Positions 51,613-57,836 of a stretch of DNA of 57,836 bases are shown piece by piece. The position numbers and the translations under genes were made by a program. The notes beneath the pieces were generated by a model, which was not told the DNA's origin, searched no databases, and saw only the letters and a program-made list of their open reading frames with translations. The DNA is taken from assembly GCA_051306415.1 (NCBI GenBank), contig JBPPNE010000074.1, positions 1 through 57,836 of the forward strand, in the 5' to 3' direction. Position 1 is the stretch's first letter. Each line of letters starts with the position of its first letter. This DNA is from Porticoccaceae bacterium. Its GTDB lineage: Bacteria > Pseudomonadota > Gammaproteobacteria > Pseudomonadales > Porticoccaceae.

Positions 51613-51720
51613 TCATGCGACCGCCAGTTTCTTGCGCTTCAGCAGCGCTGAATTCACGATCACGGACAAGGAACTCAGCGCCATCGCCGCGGCGGCGATG
51701 ATCGGGTTCAGGAAGACCCC
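51613..51720 (-). pseudogene. 3'-terminal remnant of another P1B-type ATPase
   Basis: [35 protein letters not shown] aligns with the last TM helix of the adjacent intact pump ([32 protein letters not shown]). An in-frame TGA lies just upstream. Confidence 0.65.
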
Positions 51721-51858
51721 GACTTCCCTTCTTGGTCTTCACTGACGAGCGGGCGATGCCCGAGGCCAGACCCGCGCGTGATCGGTTCGGCATGCCCCAG
51801 CGCCGGCGAACCAAAACAGTGCCGGAGCCACACCGAGCTGACCACACCTCACCGCGAG

Positions 51859-54219
51859 TCACAGCCGCACCCGATTCAGGCGCAGCGCGTTGCCGACCAC
51901 GGACACCGAGCTGAACGACATCGCCGCCGCCGCGATGATGGGCGACAACAGGATGCCAAAGAACGGATACAGCACCCCGGCGGCGACCGGCACACCAATA
52001 CTGTTGTAGATGAAGGCGAAGAACAGGTTCTGCTTGATGTTGCTCATGGTCGCCCGGCTAAGTTTGCGCGCGCGCACAATGCCACGCAGATCGCCCTTTA
52101 CCAGCGTCACGCCGGCGCTCTGCATGGCCACGTCGGTGCCGGTGCCCATGGCGATGCCGACCTGCGCCTGCGCCAGCGCCGGGGCGTCATTGATGCCATC
52201 GCCGGCCATGGCGACGAAGCGGCCCTCGGCCTGCAGCGCCTTGACCTTCTGCGCCTTCTGCTCCGGCAACACCTCGGCCAGCACCTCGTCGATGCCGAGT
52301 TTGCCGGCCACCGCCTGCGCCGTGGTGCGGCTGTCGCCGGTGATCATGACGATGCGGATGCCTTCCTCATGCAGGGCGCGGATCGCCTCCAGCGTGGTTG
52401 CCTTGATCGGATCGGCAACGGCGACCAGCCCGGCCAGCTTGCCGTCGACCGCAATGAACATCGCCGTCTTGCCTTCAGAACGCAGGGCCTCGGCGCTCTC
52501 GGCCAAGGTCTCGACGCTGACGCCGAGAGCATCCATCAGCGCCCGGTTGCCGAGCGCCACCGCCTGCTCGCCGATGCGCCCCTGCACGCCCTTGCCGGTG
52601 ACCGACTCGAAGTCGGTGTACTGACTGAGCTGTACGCCACGCTCATCGGCACCCTGGACAATCGCCGCCGCCAGCGGATGCTCGCTGCCGCGCTCCAGGG
52701 TGGCCGCCAGGCCCAGCACCTGCCCTTCTTCAAAGCCTTCCACGGCAACCACGTCCTGCAAGCGCGGCCGCCCCTCGGTGAGGGTGCCGGTCTTGTCGAC
52801 GATCAGCGTGTCCACCTGGCGCAGCGTCTGGATGGCCTCGGCGCTCTTGAACAGCACGCCCATGGACGCCCCCTTGCCGCTGGCGACCATGATGGACATG
52901 GGCGTCGCCAGCCCCAGCGCGCACGGACAGGCGATGATTAGCACTGCCACCGCGTTGATCAGCGCATAGGCCATGGCCGGCTGCGGCCCCCACTGGCTCC
53001 AGACCACAAAGGTGACGACGGCGATCCCCACCACGACCGGCACGAACCAGGTGGCGACCACGTCCACCAGGTTCTGGATCGGCGCGCGGCTGCGGCTCGC
53101 CTCGGCCACCATCTGCACGATCTGCGCGAGCAACGTGTCACTGCCCACCCGCTGCGCCTCGATAACCAGCGAGCCGGTACCGTTGACCGTGGCGCCGATG
53201 ACCTTGTCACCCGCCCCCTTCTCCACCGGAATGGGCTCGCCGGTGATCATGGACTCGTCCACTGCGGAGTGTCCCTCGACCACCACGCCGTCCACCGGCA
53301 GCTTCTCGCCCGGCCGCACGCGCAGGCGATCACCGATCTGCACCTGCTCCAGCGGTACGTCCACCTCGCTGCCGTCAGCCGCCAGCCGGCGAGCCGTCTT
53401 GGGGGCGAGGCCGAGCAGCGCCTTGATGGCGGCGTTGGTCGAGCTGCGCGCACGCAGCTCCATGACCTGCCCGAGCAGCACCAGGGTGACGATGACCGCC
53501 GCGGCCTCGAAGTAAACAGCGACCTGTCCTGCCTGGCCCCGGAACGAGTCCGGGAAAATGCCCGGGAATAGCGTGGCGACCAGGCTGTACAGGTAGGCCA
53601 CGCCGACGCCCAGCCCGATCAGCGTGAACATATTCAGCTTCCAGGTGACCAGCGAGCGCCAGCCGCGCACGAAAAACGGCCAGCCGCCCCACAGCACCAC
53701 CGGCGTGGCCAGGGCAAGTTCCAGCCACATGCCCAGCGCGTGCGGCACCAGCGCCTCCATCGATACACCGGGAATGAGTCCACCCATCGCCAGAAAGACC
53801 GCGGGAATGGTGAGCACGACGCCGACCCAGAAACGCCGGGTCATGTCCTTGAGTTCGGGGTTCTCCTCCTCTGCTGCGGTGATCTGGAGCGGCTCTAGCG
53901 CCATGCCGCAGATCGGACAGTTGCCAGGATGGTCCTGGCGTACCTCGGGGTGCATGGGGCAGGTGTAGATCGTGCCGCCGGCGGCAGGCAGCGTATCCGG
54001 CGCGGATTTCCGCTGCGCGCCCTGGTGGTCGTGGCCGGCAGCGCCCAGGACATGCCCATCTGGCAAGGTGCGCGTGCCGACAAAGGTCGCGGGATCGGCC
54101 ACAAAACCGTCCCGGCAGCGCGTGGAGCAAAAATAATAGGTATGCCCGGCGTGGTCGGCGGTGCCCGCGGCTCGCGCCGGCTCCACCTGCATGCCGCATA
54201 CGGGATCTGTTGCCATCAT
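51859..54219 (-). CDS. copA: P1B-1 (Cu+/Ag+) ATPase with N-terminal YHS/TRASH-like and YTCPMHP metal-binding modules
   Basis: ATG at 54219 ([12 protein letters not shown]...[12 protein letters not shown]; [26 protein letters not shown]). [38 protein letters not shown] and MSFSSVSVV are present. The ORF-track start at 54564 is rejected. Confidence 0.9.
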   Translation of the reverse strand: MMATDPVCGMQVEPARAAGTADHAGHTYYFCSTRCRDGFVADPATFVGTRTLPDGHVLGAAGHDHQGAQRKSAPDTLPAAGGTIYTCPMHPEVRQDHPGNCPICGMALEPLQITAAEEENPELKDMTRRFWVGVVLTIPAVFLAMGGLIPGVSMEALVPHALGMWLELALATPVVLWGGWPFFVRGWRSLVTWKLNMFTLIGLGVGVAYLYSLVATLFPGIFPDSFRGQAGQVAVYFEAAAVIVTLVLLGQVMELRARSSTNAAIKALLGLAPKTARRLAADGSEVDVPLEQVQIGDRLRVRPGEKLPVDGVVVEGHSAVDESMITGEPIPVEKGAGDKVIGATVNGTGSLVIEAQRVGSDTLLAQIVQMVAEASRSRAPIQNLVDVVATWFVPVVVGIAVVTFVVWSQWGPQPAMAYALINAVAVLIIACPCALGLATPMSIMVASGKGASMGVLFKSAEAIQTLRQVDTLIVDKTGTLTEGRPRLQDVVAVEGFEEGQVLGLAATLERGSEHPLAAAIVQGADERGVQLSQYTDFESVTGKGVQGRIGEQAVALGNRALMDALGVSVETLAESAEALRSEGKTAMFIAVDGKLAGLVAVADPIKATTLEAIRALHEEGIRIVMITGDSRTTAQAVAGKLGIDEVLAEVLPEQKAQKVKALQAEGRFVAMAGDGINDAPALAQAQVGIAMGTGTDVAMQSAGVTLVKGDLRGIVRARKLSRATMSNIKQNLFFAFIYNSIGVPVAAGVLYPFFGILLSPIIAAAAMSFSSVSVVGNALRLNRVRL

Positions 54220-54539
54220 GTGCCTTGACTCCTTGCCGGCGACACCCGGTCCGCTGCGAACCGGCGACCGCCGAGCCCGTTGTAAATCCAGGCGAACACT
54301 GCGCCCACCCCGAAGGTGGCAACGACGAGTCCCGCCAGCGCGCAGAAAAAGCCACTCCAGCCGAACCGCAATCCCGCCGCGGGCAATAAAGGCTTCAGAT
54401 CGAGCCCGTGTGTCAAGACACTGAACGAGGCCAGCGTACCAGCGGGCCACGCCACAACCGCAAACGTGCAGATTCCGTAAAACACCGCAGCGGTGATCGC
54501 CAGCGCCCCGCCGGTCTGCCAGGGATTCAGTCGGTGCAT
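54216..54539 (-). CDS. small 3-TM membrane protein (DUF5676-like, recalled)
   Basis: 107 aa: [23 protein letters not shown]...[27 protein letters not shown]. The stop overlaps the copA ATG (ATGA). Confidence 0.45.
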   Translation of the reverse strand: MHRLNPWQTGGALAITAAVFYGICTFAVVAWPAGTLASFSVLTHGLDLKPLLPAAGLRFGWSGFFCALAGLVVATFGVGAVFAWIYNGLGGRRFAADRVSPARSQGT

Positions 54540-54564
54540 CGCCTATTCCTCCCGGCGCTGGCAT

Positions 54565-54792
54565 TCACGCGGAGTCGTCCTCGTTCCGCGCGGGGTCCAC
54601 TTCGGCCTCCGCTGCGAGCCAGTCGTCGAGTTCGCATCCGGGCGCGAACCCGCGCGCCTGTGCCCGGTAGTAAGCCGCCTCAGCGATCATCTGCTGGCAA
54701 TCCTGCGTAGATGCAGTTGCAGGTTTCCATGCCTTATGTTGCGCACCCTGCGCCACGGAATCGTTCGAAAGAATTTCCTCGTTCTGTTGCAT
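54565..54792 (-). CDS. DUF2934 small protein (paralog of 47255-47473)
   Basis: ATG at 54792 after GAGGGCAAGG. IAEAAYYRAQARGFAPGCELDDWLAAEAEV is DUF2934-like. Confidence 0.6.
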   Translation of the reverse strand: MQQNEEILSNDSVAQGAQHKAWKPATASTQDCQQMIAEAAYYRAQARGFAPGCELDDWLAAEAEVDPARNEDDSA

Positions 54793-54849
54793 TTGCCTTG
54801 CCCTCGTTTCGAAAACCGCGTCAACAAAATCAACCATCTCGCCAGCCCG

Positions 54850-55308
54850 CTAATGCCGTGCGTACACAGCGGTATTGCCGGCATTATCAAAACTCAACAC
54901 CTCATACCTTTCCGTTTGGGAGCCCTGCTCCATGCCGGGTGAGCCGGGCGGCATGCCAGGAACGGCGAGGCCGAGCACCTTTGGGGGCTCCTTGAGCAGT
55001 CGGCGAACATCGCTGGCGGGAACGTGGCCTTCAATGACATAGCCGCCCACCGTGGCCGTGTGGCAGGCGCCAAGCGCGGACGGAACCCGGTTGGCTTTCT
55101 TATGAGGCACGATATCGGCTACATTCAGCGCCTCGACGACAAATCCGTTGATCCGCATGTGTTCAACCCATTTATTGCAGCAGTCGCAAGTCGGGCGCTT
55201 GTACACCGTGACCTCGGTCGCGAACGTGGGCAGGGTGAATCCGGTAAGAAAAACCGAGAACACAATAAAAAATCGAATGCGCTTCGCCAGCGCAAAATCC
55301 AATGTCAC
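54850..55308 (-). CDS. DUF411 (CopG-like) periplasmic metal-binding protein
   Basis: 152 aa with a signal peptide. VYKRPTCDCCNKWVEHM...CHTATVGGYVIEGHVPA...GMPPGSPGME is the DUF411 pattern with its CxCC motif. Confidence 0.75.
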   Translation of the reverse strand: MTLDFALAKRIRFFIVFSVFLTGFTLPTFATEVTVYKRPTCDCCNKWVEHMRINGFVVEALNVADIVPHKKANRVPSALGACHTATVGGYVIEGHVPASDVRRLLKEPPKVLGLAVPGMPPGSPGMEQGSQTERYEVLSFDNAGNTAVYARH

Positions 55309-55355
55309 CGGCCTTCTCCTTGCTTGCTCATACGCTTCATCCCACCTACTAGGGC

Positions 55356-55760
55356 CTAGTCATCGACCGACTCGATCAGGTGACAAATGGTGTCGCCGTT
55401 GGGCAGCCGATCGGGCATGTGTTGCCACTGCGCCAAGGCCCGTTGCATGGTGCTACGCAGCGCAACGAGCGCCTGCAACTCATGCTCACTGTCGACGACG
55501 CGGCGCTCGATAATGTCACGCACCAGCGGGCACGGCGTCTGCCCGCGCGTACTGGTGCTGATGATTTCGGCGATCTCCGCCAGCGTGAAACCCAGGCGCT
55601 GAGCACGACGGATAAAAAGCAATCGCCGGACATCCGCCTCGCTGAACTCCCGGTAGCCGTTTTCGCCGCGGCGCTCGGGCGTCAGCAGTCCGATCCGGAC
55701 GTAATAGCGGACCACGTGAGGCGTTACACCGACTCGCGTTGCCAGCTCACGCACTTTCAT
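55356..55760 (-). CDS. MerR-family (heavy-metal-responsive type) transcriptional regulator
   Basis: 134 aa. The HTH is MKVRELATRVGVTPHVVRYYVRIGLL, followed by a coiled coil. Candidate ligand residues are Cys (TPCPLVRD) and C-terminal DTICH. Confidence 0.8.
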   Translation of the reverse strand: MKVRELATRVGVTPHVVRYYVRIGLLTPERRGENGYREFSEADVRRLLFIRRAQRLGFTLAEIAEIISTSTRGQTPCPLVRDIIERRVVDSEHELQALVALRSTMQRALAQWQHMPDRLPNGDTICHLIESVDD

Positions 55761-55824
55761 CGCAGCTACTCCTCACCCTCAAACTTCCACGCCTGTTTGG
55801 CGAAATCACTTTCGAGATAGACTC

Positions 55825-55856
55825 ATCTTAAAACCTGCGTGTCGGGCACAGGTCAA
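55825..55856 (-). promoter_or_regulatory. MerR-type promoter: -35 TTGACC, 20-bp spacer carrying a 7-7-7 dyad, -10 TAAGAT
   Basis: The minus strand reads TTGACC(55856-55851)-tgtgcccgacacgcaggttt-TAAGAT(55830-55825). The dyad ACCTGCG-N7-CACAGGT spans the spacer. It lies ~65 nt upstream of the merR-family ATG and reads toward it. Confidence 0.5.
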
Positions 55857-55975
55857 GCGGCTGCAGCGCCCCGCATGCGGGTCTATCGCGTCGCTACCCG
55901 GAATAGACCAGCGCGGGAACAACAGCCGTAGAACGCCCGGGCCGAGGAATACCCCGGCCCGGGTTGGCCGCCGGC

Positions 55976-56380
55976 CTACTGCGCCGGGTGGTGCGCAGAA
56001 TGGTCGTCCGTAGGCTTATCCATCCCGCCAGCCTTGTCACCCTTCATATCCATCCCGCCACCCATCATGCCCATGCCGCCGCCCATCATCCCCATGCCAC
56101 CTATCATGTCCATACACTCTTTCATGCGTGCGTGCATTTTTTGACGTTCGCTGGCGTCGATGATTCCGTCCTTGTTGGCGTCCATGCGGGCAAAACGCTC
56201 CTCGGCATGCTTGAGGAACTGTTCCTTGGTGACCTTGGTGTCTTCATCCATCCCCATCATGCCCGTGCCCTTGGCCGGCATGGCGGTGTCTTTTCCGCCG
56301 TATTAGGCGGCATGCGCCGAAAAAGCCGTGGCGAGCGCCACCAAAGCGATGCCAAAAACGAAACTTCTGCCAATAATCAT
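55976..56380 (-). pseudogene. exported EF-hand / Met-Gly-rich protein interrupted by an in-frame TAA directly after the signal peptide
   Basis: ATG at 56380 after AGGAGA: MIIGRSFVFGIALVALATAFSAHAA, then TAA (56305-56303), then in the same frame YGGKDTAMPAKGTG...DANKDGIIDASE (canonical EF loop)...GGMGMMGGGMGMMGGGMDMKGD. Confidence 0.6.
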
Positions 56381-56677
56381 GACAATCTCCTGAATTGCAC
56401 CCTGACTTGATAGGCGTCCTGTGTTGAAAAAAGTGAGCTAGAGCTGAGATGCTCTTCATGAGTCTATACGAATAAGCAGACGGCGGTGGTTGCGGCCATA
56501 GCCCAACTCCCGCGCCATGAGCTGCTGCATCCGGGCGTCCTGATTGTGCAGCGACTCCCCGCATCAGGCTAGATGACACCAGCAAGTCGAAACAAAATTG
56601 CTCGGATAAGCCGGGCAGCGCATTGGCATGGTCGCGGACGGGTCGAGACTTCCTACGCAAAAGTGGACACCCATTGG

Positions 56678-57487
56678 TTATGCGCATTGGGCTTCAAACT
56701 CGATGGGAGATCGGTAGCCGAGTGCTGAGTGTAGGCGCTGCTGGTTGTAGAAATCGATGTAGCTTTTGATGGAGGCATGAAGCTGCTTCTCGCAGCTGAA
56801 GCGCTGGCGGTGGTACATGTCCGATTTCATCGACTTGTTCCAGGATTCCATGTGCGCGTTGTCAGTCATGCGGCGTGGACGATTCACGCTCGGCACCAGA
56901 CCCGCCCGCGCGAGTATTTTCCTGAAGTCCGTGGCCAGAAATTCCACACCGCGGTCGCTGTGAAACAGGGTGCCGGGTTGTGGCCGACGATGCCGGATGG
57001 CTGCTGCCAAGGCGCGGCGGATGAGACGGGCGGTCTTCTCCGGCCCCAGAGCCCAGCCGAGCAGTCGGCGCGAGTAGCGATCCATGATGGTCGCCAGATA
57101 GCGCCAGGTGCCAGAGACTTTCAGATACGTCACGTCGCCGACCCAGACCTGATCGAGCCGCTCAATCACCCGGTCGTGAATCTTGTTGTCGCCACTGGCG
57201 AAGAAGCGTCCGGTGCCAGGGCTGTGGCGGTAGAGATCGGCCGAGCAGCCGCGCACGGCGTGTTCCTGCATCAAACGCTCGATCCGCCGGCGACCCACCG
57301 ACTCCCCTGCCTGCGTCAGCACGGCATGCACGCGCGGGCTGCCGTAGGTCTGGCGGCTGTCCTGATGGGCCTGCCGCACGTGGGTCAGCAGACGCTCATC
57401 CTCTCTGGCCCGGGCACTCGGTGGCCGATCACGCCCGGCGTAGTAGCCGCTGGCGCTGACGCCGTAGACGCGGCACATCCGCCTCAC
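56678..57487 (-). CDS. IS3-family transposase OrfB (rve integrase core)
   Basis: [10 protein letters not shown]...[14 protein letters not shown]...[10 protein letters not shown]...[13 protein letters not shown]...[15 protein letters not shown]. The frame stays open upstream to the A7 site, encoding ...[23 protein letters not shown]. Confidence 0.9.
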   Translation of the reverse strand: MRRMCRVYGVSASGYYAGRDRPPSARAREDERLLTHVRQAHQDSRQTYGSPRVHAVLTQAGESVGRRRIERLMQEHAVRGCSADLYRHSPGTGRFFASGDNKIHDRVIERLDQVWVGDVTYLKVSGTWRYLATIMDRYSRRLLGWALGPEKTARLIRRALAAAIRHRRPQPGTLFHSDRGVEFLATDFRKILARAGLVPSVNRPRRMTDNAHMESWNKSMKSDMYHRQRFSCEKQLHASIKSYIDFYNQQRLHSALGYRSPIEFEAQCA

Positions 57488-57836
57488 GGGGTGCTCCGCC
57501 TGCTGCTGCTCGATGAAGGCAAAGATTTCGCTCTTCGAGCAGAAGTGAAGGCGATCGCTTTTTTTAAAAGGGCATGTTCGAGCTGAAGCTGCTCGTAAGC
57601 CTTCTTCACGCGACGCAGCTCCTTGAGCTCCGCCGCCACGTCCTTATCCACTGCCACCCCTTTGGTCACGATCAGTCCCTCGCGCGCTTGCTTGCGCCAA
57701 CGAGACAGCATGAAAGGGTGGATGGCAAGCGAAGCGGCGACATCTTGAATCGCCACGCCCGGCAACCCGCTCAATCGAACCGCTGTTGCCTTGAATTCAC
57801 TGCTGTATCGATACGTCGTTCTGGGGCCAGGCGTCG
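57484..57836 (-). CDS. IS3-family transposase OrfA (HTH), 5' end outside the window
   Basis: The frame is open to the window edge: ...[44 protein letters not shown]...[11 protein letters not shown]. Confidence 0.85.
   Translation of the reverse strand, partial: TPGPRTTYRYSSEFKATAVRLSGLPGVAIQDVAASLAIHPFMLSRWRKQAREGLIVTKGVAVDKDVAAELKELRRVKKAYEQLQLEHALLKKAIAFTSARRAKSLPSSSSSRRSTP

Larger units (their letters stand above)
56645..57836 (-). mobile_element. IS3-family element, partial (runs off the window); inner boundary approximate
   Basis: It carries the orfA/orfB pair with an A7 slippery run at 57559-57565. AGTGGACAC at ~56661-56669 resembles an IS3-group terminal repeat core (recalled). The other end is not in the window. 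Confidence 0.75.

Noticed and set aside
51521-51862. 113-aa ORF between copA and the DUF2933 gene
   Set aside because: A different frame of the same interval carries the clear P1B ATPase C-terminal remnant. The 113-aa translation has no features of a real protein.
55935-55963. GC-rich inverted repeat CCGGGCC-N-GGCCCGG downstream of the EF-hand gene as an intrinsic terminator
   Set aside because: No U-rich tract follows on the transcribed (minus) strand, and it sits just upstream of the MerR-type promoter. The evidence is insufficient.
56244-56687. 147-aa ORF upstream of, and overlapping, the EF-hand gene
   Set aside because: It is out of frame with the well-supported signal-peptide/EF-hand reading, spans the IS3 terminus and is of Arg/Gly-rich composition.

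Overview
GC-rich, proteobacterial-type accessory region. All ~60 credible genes lie on the minus strand, and many are joined by 1-11 nt stop/start overlaps. IS3-family elements sit at both window edges, and one intact IS5-family element with a target-site duplication lies inside. There are three blocks. (i) 0.4-21.5 kb is one tightly coupled gene string. It joins beta-1,2-glucan breakdown (GH144-like, GH94-like), pgm, tkt, class I fba, a PGAM-like phosphatase and pyk to a complete N-type ATPase operon (atpDCQRBEFAG). An eRF1-like (baeRF-type) gene and an HPF/RaiA gene are inserted between atpA and atpG. (ii) 21.5-34.7 kb carries phosphoketolase, acetate kinase, PPK2, NhaA, BON-MscS, YihY and three DUF2254 copies, interspersed with gene-end remnants (xfp x2, fba, DUF2254 x2). 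(iii) 34.7-56.4 kb is a cation/metal island. It holds a CPH-type (CopB-like) and a CPC-type (CopA-like, YHS) P1B ATPase, a P2A Ca-ATPase-like pump, CopZ, a MerR regulator with a 20-bp-spacer promoter, DUF411, Met-rich exported proteins and an ICMT/Cfa lipid-methyltransferase module. The most unusual signal is a seven-member family of HMA-fold domains whose CxxC site is replaced by S-x-x-T. Five are small genes with Ala/Pro/His tails clustered around the two pumps (three chained by ATGA overlaps). One is fused to the P2A pump. One is separated from CopB only by a C7 run that forms a -1 slippery heptamer. All family names come from reading the translations by eye and from memory; no database search was possible. 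No rRNA, tRNA or CRISPR array was recognised.
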